From: a virus
Taxonomy: Duplodnaviria; Caudoviricetes
Length of the DNA stretch: 57,504 nt
Virus record (IMG/VR): IMGVR_UViG_3300048636_000153
Coordinates: 1-57,504 of that record
Direction: 5' to 3' (one strand)
Each line of letters begins with the position of its first letter. Positions within the stretch are counted from its first letter, which is position 1. The notes below the pieces were generated by a model. The model searched no databases. It had not been told where the DNA came from and worked only from the letters and a program-made list of their open reading frames with translations. This document shows positions 26,315 through 35,284 of the stretch, piece after piece. Position numbers and translations under genes: made by a program.

Positions 26315-26455
26315 GCAGCCTAACCCACCTGGGCGGCTTCGGTCGCCCTATCTGCCCTATCCTCTGCAAAACTATAACAATATTCCAACGCGCCATAGCA
26401 AATGTGTGCTACAATGTATGTATATTAATGCGAGCATAGCACAGGAATTAATGCG

Positions 26456-26947
26456 TTGACCATCATATTGTACCCACCCTCCCTAGATGACATTGACGAC
26501 GCCATTGATGCAACATGGTGGACCAACAGCGCGATATGGCGCGTACGCGAAACAGCCGACACGGTAGAACGGCCTTGCGAAGACGAAGCGTTGCGGAACA
26601 TTTACTATGAAGCGCGTGCTATGTCTGGCTCATTACGTAGCATATTGAACCCGCTGGAACAGATCGTCTATGAGTATGACCTGGAATGCAAGCGCAAAGC
26701 CCCGTTTGCCGTGACGACCAAAGAGCGCATAGCCTGGATATTGGAAACGATGCAGCGCAGGCGCATAGGCTTACACCTTAGCTTTTGGCAAGTTAGTGAC
26801 ATTCTTGATGAGATCGACTACGTAAAGCGCAACATGTCAATGCTGGAACACTTCGAGGAACAGCGGTCATACAAGCAAGCACAGGTGGATGCACTCAACG
26901 AACTGAAGCTTGAAGCCCTGCTTGATGCTGTCGATAACGCTGCGTAA
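26456..26947 (+). CDS. Hypothetical protein with its own promoter
   Basis: TTG start, AGGA RBS, TGCTACAAT extended -10 at 26407-26415. Confidence 0.55.
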   Translation: MTIILYPPSLDDIDDAIDATWWTNSAIWRVRETADTVERPCEDEALRNIYYEARAMSGSLRSILNPLEQIVYEYDLECKRKAPFAVTTKERIAWILETMQRRRIGLHLSFWQVSDILDEIDYVKRNMSMLEHFEEQRSYKQAQVDALNELKLEALLDAVDNAA

Positions 26948-26970
26948 GTGCGTAAATAATAAATTGATAC

Positions 26971-27028
26971 TTGACATGCAAAATAGGATGGTACAATTAA
27001 AGTAGATAGGCGCACTTCGCGCCTTTTT
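26971..27028 (+). promoter_or_regulatory. Candidate late promoter followed at once by an intrinsic terminator
   Basis: TTGACA(26971), TGgTACAAT(26989-26997), AGGCGC-ACTTC-GCGCCT-TTTT (27008-27028). Confidence 0.5.
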
Positions 27029-27266
27029 GCATTTAATGCCGGGACTAAATTCGTCTTCATGGCGTGTGGGACACTGATATGTGAGGCTGAGAGGCGTAGC
27101 ATAGGGGTGTCTCCTATATCCCGCATAGGGGCAACGCAGCGGCCTTGCGCTTACAAACGCTAAAACTGATAGCTAGCGCGCTGCGACTTCCCGCCTGCGG
27201 TAGAATGTATGCCCTGGTCTCCCCCACCGCAGGCTTTCTCCTAGTTAATTAGCAATAGAGGCGCGC

Positions 27267-28292
27267 ATGAGGCGGATATTTAAGGCGGCTATGGTCAACG
27301 GTATGCTGGGTGGGCAGGGTGCGAGTGGGCCAACTGAGTTTGCTGACGCCTTTGGGCGTGCAGATGGTGCTGTTGGTAATGGCTGGCAGGGTGATACGTG
27401 GTACATCGAAGGCGGTGTACTGAAGAACAATCCGACGCTGCTCACTGAATTGCTCAACAATCCATCGTTTGAAACGTACACAGGGACCATTGACGACGCC
27501 ACAAGTGATACGTTCGCTGGCTGGACGATCACAAAAGCTGGTAGTGAGTTTGTTGGCGCTGTTAGCGACGCTCAGAGCGGGTCCGTTGCAGCGCGGATGG
27601 CAAATGGTGGTGGCAGCAGACCGGTTCTATCACAAGTGCCAAGTAAGGCTGTAGGTAAATGGTACAAAGCGTCAGTGTATGCAAAAGGAGATGGCGCAAC
27701 AACAGCGCAGCTCTGGTTCACCGGTGCGGATGAGCTTAACCTCAATACACAGAGCGTTACCTATACGCAGTTGAAACTAGCACATCGCATCACGGTCAAC
27801 AATGGTGGATACACGTTGTATCACCAGCAAAATCAGGCCGGTGACGTGTGGTTCGACAATGCCAGTTATAAGGAAATCTCACACGACACCATGTTCAACG
27901 TGCGTGATGTTGGCTTTGTGCCAGCGTCCATCAGATCGAGTGTCGTGCGCTCTCAAACACTGCCAATTGGCATTGCACATTACGCTGATGCAAACAATTA
28001 TGTGCTGGCGTACCTTAATTATCCAAACGAGGTCATACTCCTTAAGCGCGTTGGTGGTGCTAATCCTGTTGAAGTCTCAATAGGGACCTATGTGTACAGC
28101 GCAGGCTCAACGCTGGAACTGATCTACGATAAAGACGCGCAGACCTATGCTGTCAAATACAATGATAGCACGCGCATTACTGCACAGTCCGTGACCGACG
28201 CGGTGTTTGCAACAGCGACGAAGATCGCTGCATTCAGCACCGATAACGCTGGCTCACATGACAATGTGTATGCGCTGAAGGATTTTACGTAG
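27267..28292 (+). CDS. Carbohydrate-binding-module-like virion protein
   Basis: ELLNNPSFE...GW...SGS.AAR...VWFDN.S jelly-roll/CBM-like pattern. Confidence 0.55.
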   Translation: MRRIFKAAMVNGMLGGQGASGPTEFADAFGRADGAVGNGWQGDTWYIEGGVLKNNPTLLTELLNNPSFETYTGTIDDATSDTFAGWTITKAGSEFVGAVSDAQSGSVAARMANGGGSRPVLSQVPSKAVGKWYKASVYAKGDGATTAQLWFTGADELNLNTQSVTYTQLKLAHRITVNNGGYTLYHQQNQAGDVWFDNASYKEISHDTMFNVRDVGFVPASIRSSVVRSQTLPIGIAHYADANNYVLAYLNYPNEVILLKRVGGANPVEVSIGTYVYSAGSTLELIYDKDAQTYAVKYNDSTRITAQSVTDAVFATATKIAAFSTDNAGSHDNVYALKDFT

Positions 28293-29539
28293 GTCCATCC
28301 TGGTACGCCTCGCCAGCAGGATCGGACCTAGCTCCTGGCTCAAAAACACTGCCTATGTCGATAGAGGCAGCACTGACATCAACGAAAGTACAACCAGGAC
28401 ACGAGCTGTATCTTCGTGGTGGTGTGTATGAGGTTGATAGCAATTTTATCAATGCGACGATTGCTGGCAGCGAAGGCCAGCAAAGTACAGTTCGTAATTA
28501 TCCTGGCGAAATAGCTTATTTGCGTTTTGGAGTCTACCAACAAGGCGCGCATGTACGCTGGATGAGCAGTGATTATGGCCTCGTCTTCCAGAGTATTGTG
28601 ACAGACCGAGAGTTTACGTCTGCGCCACACGCAGGTATCGATATTCAAGCAGATGACGTTGACCTGATTAATATCAGGTACGATAACGTGCTGAGCACCG
28701 CTATCACCGCGCACAATAATGCACGTCGCAGGTATTTATATGGCAATATCATCTTCAATAATGGCTATGTTAATTCCAGCACACAAAACCTGCATGGCCC
28801 CGGCATCTACACCAGCAATGAAGATGATGCCATTGACATCACTATCGAAAATACTATTGTCTTAAACTCGTTCCGTAATGCCTTCCAGATTGGCAGCGGT
28901 AACGGTTTAGATGAGGCGCACAATTTCACCATTAAGGATGTCATTACCGCAGGTCCGGGGTTTTATTCAGGCTCGTCACCTGTTGATGACCTACTCATTG
29001 ACCGCCTGTGGTCGCTCATTTTCCATCCACGTATTGGCATAGACGAGTCTACCAGCGGATCGATGGAGATGCGTAACAGCCTGATCGACTCGTCAGCATG
29101 GCCTTATGGCACACCACTGGCATTTCAGATCGAAAACTACCTCAGCGTTAATGTTCATGACAACGAGTTCACGACTGACAATTACTCGCTGGTCGAGCGC
29201 GACGGTGGCACGTATAACATCCAGAGCATCACACCAGTTACAGGCCAGCACACGCTAGTGATACCAAACATCTATGCGCCTGGATTCGCAACGATAGCAG
29301 TGTTCGATTTTGACGACACTGGCAGTGTCGCAGTGGACGTATCTGCACTAGCTAGCAGTGGTACGCTGAGGCTGCGTAATCTTATGTTGTGGAGCGAATA
29401 CGTCGACCTGCCTATCAACAATGGTGAGATCACAATCGACATGACCATCTGGACGACTCCCGCACCAAATGGATTTGAGGAGCCATTGCAGATCGTATTT
29501 AGTGCGCGCTTTGGTGTGTGGATCGCAAAGTTGCTGTAG
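28286..29539 (+). CDS. Right-handed beta-helix (depolymerase-like) protein, probably reached by -1 frameshift from 27267
   Basis: The frame is open upstream of ATG 28355 and gives WYASPAGSDLAPGSKTLP-MSIEAAL...PGHELYLRGGVY, a typical beta-helix N-cap; Asn/Ile-rich repeats. Confidence 0.65.
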   Translation, partial: YVGPSWYASPAGSDLAPGSKTLPMSIEAALTSTKVQPGHELYLRGGVYEVDSNFINATIAGSEGQQSTVRNYPGEIAYLRFGVYQQGAHVRWMSSDYGLVFQSIVTDREFTSAPHAGIDIQADDVDLINIRYDNVLSTAITAHNNARRRYLYGNIIFNNGYVNSSTQNLHGPGIYTSNEDDAIDITIENTIVLNSFRNAFQIGSGNGLDEAHNFTIKDVITAGPGFYSGSSPVDDLLIDRLWSLIFHPRIGIDESTSGSMEMRNSLIDSSAWPYGTPLAFQIENYLSVNVHDNEFTTDNYSLVERDGGTYNIQSITPVTGQHTLVIPNIYAPGFATIAVFDFDDTGSVAVDVSALASSGTLRLRNLMLWSEYVDLPINNGEITIDMTIWTTPAPNGFEEPLQIVFSARFGVWIAKLL

Positions 29540-29650
29540 CACATAATGACGCTTACCACGCACAGAGGCCAACCAAGCACCCCATGCCGCCTGCGCTGCT
29601 AGCTAGCGCGGGATAGCGATACCGCAAATAAGCACAGGAACCTCATACAA

Positions 29651-30331
29651 GTGCCACTACCAAACATTACACAATGCAATGCAACAGCTAAATCGACAGG
29701 CAAACAATGCGAAAACCCGGCTGTAGATGGCAGTAGTAAGTGCCGCGTGCATGGTGGTAAAACGCCAAGGGGTGCCGACTCCCCCAACTTCAAGCATGGG
29801 CGCTATTCCAAACACATGCCGGAGGCACTACTTAGTGCTTACAAAGATGCACAGACAGACCCTGAACTACTCAGTGTGCGGCAGGACATTGCGCTTACTG
29901 ACGCCATTATTAGTAGCTTGCTTCCGAACTTGGACACAGGCGAGAGTGGTAAGGCATGGTCAGATATGGCGAAGATCGTCATGAAGGCGCAAAAAGCTTA
30001 CCACGATGAGAGTATGGGCAACATGTTTGAAGCCTTCCACGATATGGAAGCAATCATTGAGAAACGCTTAAACCATTTTGCTGCACAGCGAGAAATCAGC
30101 GCGCAAATAGATCAGCGCCGCAAGCTTGTAGAGACTGAGCAGAAGATTAGCTTGCAAGGTGAACGCGCTATCAGCGCGGAGCAGTTGGTAACTTTGATGA
30201 GTGCAGTTTTATCGGTGATAAACAATGTCATTACAGACAAGCAACAACGCTATGCCATCGCTAGCCAGATTGACCAACTCATCGGCAGCGGTGCAAGCAT
30301 TGAACGTGCTGAAGAACGGCTTAGCACCTGA
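29651..30331 (+). CDS. terS: Terminase small subunit (HGGxSTG-like)
   Basis: C.A..KSTG.QC..P.......CRVHGG.TP.G....NFKHGRYS; directly upstream of TerL. Confidence 0.75.
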   Translation: MPLPNITQCNATAKSTGKQCENPAVDGSSKCRVHGGKTPRGADSPNFKHGRYSKHMPEALLSAYKDAQTDPELLSVRQDIALTDAIISSLLPNLDTGESGKAWSDMAKIVMKAQKAYHDESMGNMFEAFHDMEAIIEKRLNHFAAQREISAQIDQRRKLVETEQKISLQGERAISAEQLVTLMSAVLSVINNVITDKQQRYAIASQIDQLIGSGASIERAEERLST

Positions 30332-31760
30332 CCTTCATAGCGATTATGACTTACCAACTGACCCCTTCGATTTCGCTCAGCAGGTTATCCGTATACGCAA
30401 TAAACAGCGTCAGCTTGTCGCACTCACCTATAACAAAGCACAACGTCATTTCTTGGCTAACCGAACACAGCGCGACCTTGTTTTGAAGGCGCGGCAACTT
30501 GGCTTTAGTACAGCCATCGGTGCAGAGTTCTTTCACCAATACACGACAGACGCACGCTCTGCACTAATCATGTCCGACAAGGACGAGAACACCGCCATAC
30601 TTCGGCGCATGGTACAGGGCTTCTATGATAATTGGCCTCGTCACTTACCTAAGCCAATACGCAGCATCGATAATGCTAGCGTGGCAGTCTATCCCGGTGT
30701 GGGTAGCGAGGTGGCTATCCGAACCGCAGGCAGCAAGACGTCAGGTCGTGGTACATCATTCACCATGCTACATGGATCAGAGGTTGCCTATTGGCGCGAT
30801 GGCAAGACAACCATAGCAGGCGCGCTGCAAGCCGTGCCGGAACACCTGGATAATACTTGGGTCGTCTTCGAGTCAACAGCCAACGGCGCGCAAGGATGGT
30901 TTTATAACGAGTGCATGGCAGCGCTACAAGGCGATAGCGAATGGAAGCTGCACTTCTATGCATGGTGGTGGGATGATGACTATAAGCTGCCGCTGGAACC
31001 CGGCGAGGTCATTGAGTACACCGACGAAGAACAGGCGCTAGCCGATAAGCACGGTCTGACACCTGAGCAGATCAAATGGCGGCGTAAGAAGATACGCGAC
31101 CTTAAAGGCCGCTTTCAGCAGGAGTACCCTGAGACACCTGAAGCCGCGTTCATTCATAGTGGTCGTGTGGCCTTCCCGCGCATTCGCAGCGCATTCTACA
31201 GCACGCCGGAAGCTTCACCCATTGAGGGTGATGTGTACATTGCTGGTGCGGACTGGGGACAAGACCCCGACTTCACAGCACTCTCTATATTCAACCAAAC
31301 GAAACAGCGTGAAGTCTTTGTCGGTCGCTGGCGTCGTATGTCGCACGGGTCGATGCGCGCAGCCATTATTGAGAAATTGCAATACTGGAATGTCAAGGGC
31401 ATTGTACCGGAGCGAAACAGCCTGGGAGACTTGTCTATTGAGGACTTGTACAACGACTGTGTAACTGCGGGTCTATCTGACATTTTGATGAAGCCGTTTT
31501 GGTCAAGCAATCCAAGCAAGCACAATGTTGTGAAACTGCTTGAAAAAGGCACAGATAGCGAAGGCGTGCAATTGTTGGACGACCCTGTTGCCAACGCCGA
31601 GATTGTATCCTACCAGCAGCGACAACTAGAGTCTGGTGTGTACAAATATACTGCACCCGACACTGGCGATGAAAACAAAGATGAAGAATCGGTCGTGAAT
31701 GATGACACTGTTATCGCAAGACTGCTTGCATGGTACGGCTGCAACTACTTCTATTTCTAA
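30225..31760 (+). CDS. terL: Terminase large subunit (start may be ATG 30252)
   Basis: LKARQLGFST, HGSEVAYW, ESTANG, FQQEYP, GADWG..D, DDTVIA. Confidence 0.93.
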   Translation: MSLQTSNNAMPSLARLTNSSAAVQALNVLKNGLAPDLHSDYDLPTDPFDFAQQVIRIRNKQRQLVALTYNKAQRHFLANRTQRDLVLKARQLGFSTAIGAEFFHQYTTDARSALIMSDKDENTAILRRMVQGFYDNWPRHLPKPIRSIDNASVAVYPGVGSEVAIRTAGSKTSGRGTSFTMLHGSEVAYWRDGKTTIAGALQAVPEHLDNTWVVFESTANGAQGWFYNECMAALQGDSEWKLHFYAWWWDDDYKLPLEPGEVIEYTDEEQALADKHGLTPEQIKWRRKKIRDLKGRFQQEYPETPEAAFIHSGRVAFPRIRSAFYSTPEASPIEGDVYIAGADWGQDPDFTALSIFNQTKQREVFVGRWRRMSHGSMRAAIIEKLQYWNVKGIVPERNSLGDLSIEDLYNDCVTAGLSDILMKPFWSSNPSKHNVVKLLEKGTDSEGVQLLDDPVANAEIVSYQQRQLESGVYKYTAPDTGDENKDEESVVNDDTVIARLLAWYGCNYFYF

Positions 31761-31785
31761 ACACTGAGCCACTAAAGGCTAACTA

Positions 31786-34164
31786 ATGACATCACTCCCT
31801 GCGCGCCTTGGCAATGCTGTTAAGGCTGCTTACCTTGAATTGGTGCCACAACAGAAAAGCGCACAGAAGTTCTATGGCTACGGAATGGGCGGTGATGCAT
31901 CCTACTTTGCAGCGTCATCAAGCCAACGCATGGGGCGCGATAAGTACAGCGCCGCACGCGCATACCTGACAGTTGCCCATGTGCATACTGCCATCCGGCT
32001 GATTCTATCTGCATTTGAAAACGTGCCCTGGATCATCAGCGAATATAGCGTAGGCGAAGCGGGTAAGCAGGAAGGCACCCCCATAGCCGAAAAAGGCGAC
32101 ATTGTGCCGCGTCACCCACTGCAAAAGGTGCTGCGGAATTATAAGCAATATCACAGCATGGCGCTCTTGCAGCGGGTGTGTGCGTCGATGTTGCTACATG
32201 ACGAAACTTACATCGAGCTATTGCGCGTCAATGACAAGATGCCCCCTGGTGATCGCAATAAGGTCACGGGGCTTGAGTGGCTAAACCCCATTGGCATTAG
32301 CAAGCAAACCAGCATGGGGCGCATTGCAGCGTTCCACTATTCCGGCACAGACGGTGATCCAGCGCAAATATTGCAGCCTTATGAAGTAGCCTATGAACAT
32401 GGCTTCAATAGCATGTCTGACCTCAATGGCTACAGCAATGTGCAAGCGCTGATGGATGAGCTAAACATTGGCGTTGAATATCGCCACGCCATTCTGAACT
32501 ATCTGGTCAATGGTCTGCACATGGGTGGTATTATTGCCCCTGCCCCTGGTGAGCTTGGTGCTGGCCCCAAACTCAAAGAACTTCAAGACCTGCTGAACAA
32601 CCAAGCAAAAGGCGTCAGGAATATAGGCCGCTGGCATGTGATGCATAATAATGCACAGGTGACCGACTTCGGTATGCCGGAATTTGATAAGCTGTTTGCG
32701 CCTATGAGCAGCGACATCCGCACGGAGGTGTTTGCTAAATTTAGCATCCCTGAGGCTGCTGTCGGCATTGTGGACAGTGCGTCATTTAAGAGTGGTGATG
32801 AGGTTACCTACCGCTTCTATCAGGCGGCTGTGATCCCGTATGCTAGCCGCATTGCTGAGTTCATCAATGTGCAGCTTATGCCCTACTTTGCGGAGGGTGA
32901 TAACCATCGCCTTGAATATGATACGAGCGAATGGGACAGAGCTAGCGAAGCGGATAAGCTTGAAGCGGAAGTGGCAAAGACGCGCAGCGAGATCATTCCC
33001 ATTGAGTACAATGAGATACGTCAACAGCTACAACTATCACCGCTTGATAAATTCAAAAATATGTGGATCGTTCCCGGTATTGAAGGGCTTGTGCCGGAGT
33101 CGGAACTAGACAAAGTATGGAAGTATCGTTTCCTGGTTGCACCGTCTGTATTCAACTCGCAAGAGCTTACAGGCAAGCCATTACCGCAGCCTGTTGACCC
33201 AACAGAGGTTGTACCCACGCCGGACGGAGCTAAACCACCTGTCACGGTTACTGAAGCGGATGTGGAAGCCGAGAGTGAAGAGCCACTTGCCAACGATACC
33301 AAGGCGCACGCCTGCACCGATGCCTGCGACCACGATCACGCTATCCCGCCTGCGGTAAAAGCACAGCTAGACGAGCTAGAGGCATGGCGTAAAGTGGCCT
33401 TTAAGACAGGCGCAGACGAGCCAGGGCGTTTTGGCTACAGTAAGCTAACCGACTACACAGCCGACTATATCAAGGCGCAATTGGCCTTATGTGCAGGCGA
33501 CAAAGATCGCATGTATGACGTGTTCGCGCAGGCAAGTGATGAGGTGAGTATGCTGGCAGTCTATGACGAAGCGCTAGGCAAGAGTGCTGCTGACTACCGC
33601 CGCAGCGTGCGCGGGCTATCGCGTGGTCTGTGGTCTGGCAGCTTAGACAGGCGCGCCTTTATTGGCGACATGACTACAGCCATACAGCGTTCATTTACGG
33701 ACGCATTCACACGCGGCCTGAAGGCTGAAGGCTTGTCATTTGATGAGACCACACCGGAGGAACGCGACATTTTGCAAGAGCGCGTCAACGGCGAACTGAT
33801 CCACCTAGGACCGCTGGCTGATGACATTATCGCAGCTAGTAAGTCCGAAGGTGGCAACCTGAAGGATGTGAGAGATCGCATTGACCGTTGGGTATCGCGC
33901 TATGACAGCGTGTATGATGTGGGCGTGCTAGTGGGGGCGCGGGACAAGAAGAAGAAGTGGAATACCGACCCGGCTAAAGAGTCGTGCCGCGACTGCCTGC
34001 GCCTAAATGGCAAGGTATATCGCGCTAGCACATGGTTAAAAGCTGGCATTGTGCCGCGTAGTGCTGATCTAGCTTGCTTTGGTACACATTGTGGTTGTGG
34101 CTTCGAGGACACCGACGACCCTGTGACACAAGGTAAGCCGCCTGCATTACGTGGGCCGGGATAG
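31786..34164 (+). CDS. Portal protein fused to a MuF/gp7-like head-morphogenesis domain
   Basis: Position after TerL; portal-like motifs (FSIPEA.VG, NEIRQ.L.L.P); C-terminal SC.DC..LNGKVY...C.G.HCGC. Confidence 0.8.
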   Translation: MTSLPARLGNAVKAAYLELVPQQKSAQKFYGYGMGGDASYFAASSSQRMGRDKYSAARAYLTVAHVHTAIRLILSAFENVPWIISEYSVGEAGKQEGTPIAEKGDIVPRHPLQKVLRNYKQYHSMALLQRVCASMLLHDETYIELLRVNDKMPPGDRNKVTGLEWLNPIGISKQTSMGRIAAFHYSGTDGDPAQILQPYEVAYEHGFNSMSDLNGYSNVQALMDELNIGVEYRHAILNYLVNGLHMGGIIAPAPGELGAGPKLKELQDLLNNQAKGVRNIGRWHVMHNNAQVTDFGMPEFDKLFAPMSSDIRTEVFAKFSIPEAAVGIVDSASFKSGDEVTYRFYQAAVIPYASRIAEFINVQLMPYFAEGDNHRLEYDTSEWDRASEADKLEAEVAKTRSEIIPIEYNEIRQQLQLSPLDKFKNMWIVPGIEGLVPESELDKVWKYRFLVAPSVFNSQELTGKPLPQPVDPTEVVPTPDGAKPPVTVTEADVEAESEEPLANDTKAHACTDACDHDHAIPPAVKAQLDELEAWRKVAFKTGADEPGRFGYSKLTDYTADYIKAQLALCAGDKDRMYDVFAQASDEVSMLAVYDEALGKSAADYRRSVRGLSRGLWSGSLDRRAFIGDMTTAIQRSFTDAFTRGLKAEGLSFDETTPEERDILQERVNGELIHLGPLADDIIAASKSEGGNLKDVRDRIDRWVSRYDSVYDVGVLVGARDKKKKWNTDPAKESCRDCLRLNGKVYRASTWLKAGIVPRSADLACFGTHCGCGFEDTDDPVTQGKPPALRGPG

Positions 34165-34173
34165 GAGACTAAC

Positions 34174-34389
34174 ATGTTAAAACGTATTGTACGTGGTTAT
34201 GGTTCTGACTTTTATTGGCGTGGTCAGTTTATCGGCACGCTATCGAGCAATTACATTATCATCAATACGCCGCGCACAGAAGGCCGTAGGCGCGTACTCA
34301 TTATCACATGGTTGAACGGGCGCATTCGCTTCGGTGTAATGTTTGACGGTAAAACCATCTTTAGGTGGAACGACCCTGACACCTGTTAG
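34174..34389 (+). CDS. Hypothetical protein
   Basis: AGGAG RBS. Confidence 0.45.
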   Translation: MLKRIVRGYGSDFYWRGQFIGTLSSNYIIINTPRTEGRRRVLIITWLNGRIRFGVMFDGKTIFRWNDPDTC

Positions 34390-34469
34390 CAAGCGCATGA
34401 ACTAACGCCATTCTGATACACATGTGCTATGATATGGCATGGTAAAAGTAGCAGGGATGGCAGGGTGAT

Positions 34470-34784
34470 ATGAGTGACACTTACACAGTGCGAGCGACAA
34501 TGCGAGAGGCTTATCGGCGCTATTTCGATAAGCAATTTGAGGGCAATATGACAGAACACATGTTGGAGCAGAAGGCTTATCCCATCGTGCGCGTCACTAC
34601 CCTCTTTGAAGATAAAGAGTATGACATTGTAGCAATTAATCGTATCTCGTTTGTCAATGGACTATATGACACATTCTATACTTCTATCAGAAGCGTGGAA
34701 GCGAACGAAACAGTAGGCAGTCATCCCATCGCACAAGATGGCGAAGTGTGTATCTGTGTGACACAGGAAGGCGGCGACCAATGA
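34470..34784 (+). CDS. Hypothetical moron protein
   Basis: Own extended -10 TGCTATGAT at 34425-34433. Confidence 0.55.
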   Translation: MSDTYTVRATMREAYRRYFDKQFEGNMTEHMLEQKAYPIVRVTTLFEDKEYDIVAINRISFVNGLYDTFYTSIRSVEANETVGSHPIAQDGEVCICVTQEGGDQ

Positions 34785-35035
34785 GTAACCTAAACCTAGA
34801 TGCTGCCAACGTGAATATCACTGTAGACCTAAACCACATCATTGACGACCATGTGCGCTTCCGTGACTTCATAAACTGGCTAGGCATGAAGCATGGCATC
34901 CATGTGAATAACAGCATGAATGGCCAGTGGCGTATAATGTATGGGCCAGAACGCCTTGGCCCGTTCTATAGCTGGCAAGAGACGCTTGATGCTATCTTTG
35001 ACATGCTAGTCAAGGGCGCGGCTGACAATGAGTGA
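34781..35035 (+). CDS. Hypothetical moron protein
   Basis: ATGA-coupled; start reassigned to 34781. Confidence 0.5.
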   Translation: MSNLNLDAANVNITVDLNHIIDDHVRFRDFINWLGMKHGIHVNNSMNGQWRIMYGPERLGPFYSWQETLDAIFDMLVKGAADNE

Positions 35036-35234
35036 CGAACGAAAGCCGGATGATGAGTTGATAATAAGCCCATCTTATCACGCGCTACACCTTGTTGATC
35101 CATCGGTGCTAGAGATGCAAACCATGTTACAGCAGATGCTTGTCGCATGGTTAAATACACAAGCCATTCCACCATTCAATATCAAGGACTACAAGTCACC
35201 TAAGTAGCACCACCCACAACCTACCTACCCTACG

Positions 35235-35257
35235 AAGCGCCCATTGAGGCGCTTTTT
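35235..35257 (+). terminator. Intrinsic terminator-like hairpin
   Basis: AAGCGCC-CATTGA-GGCGCTT-TTT. Confidence 0.6.
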
Positions 35258-35284
35258 GTTTACCTAGTTACGGAAGCGCAACCT

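Noticed and set aside
28355-28357. ATG 28355 as the true start of the beta-helix gene
   Set aside because: There is no good RBS and it truncates the N-cap motif; entry by frameshift fits better.
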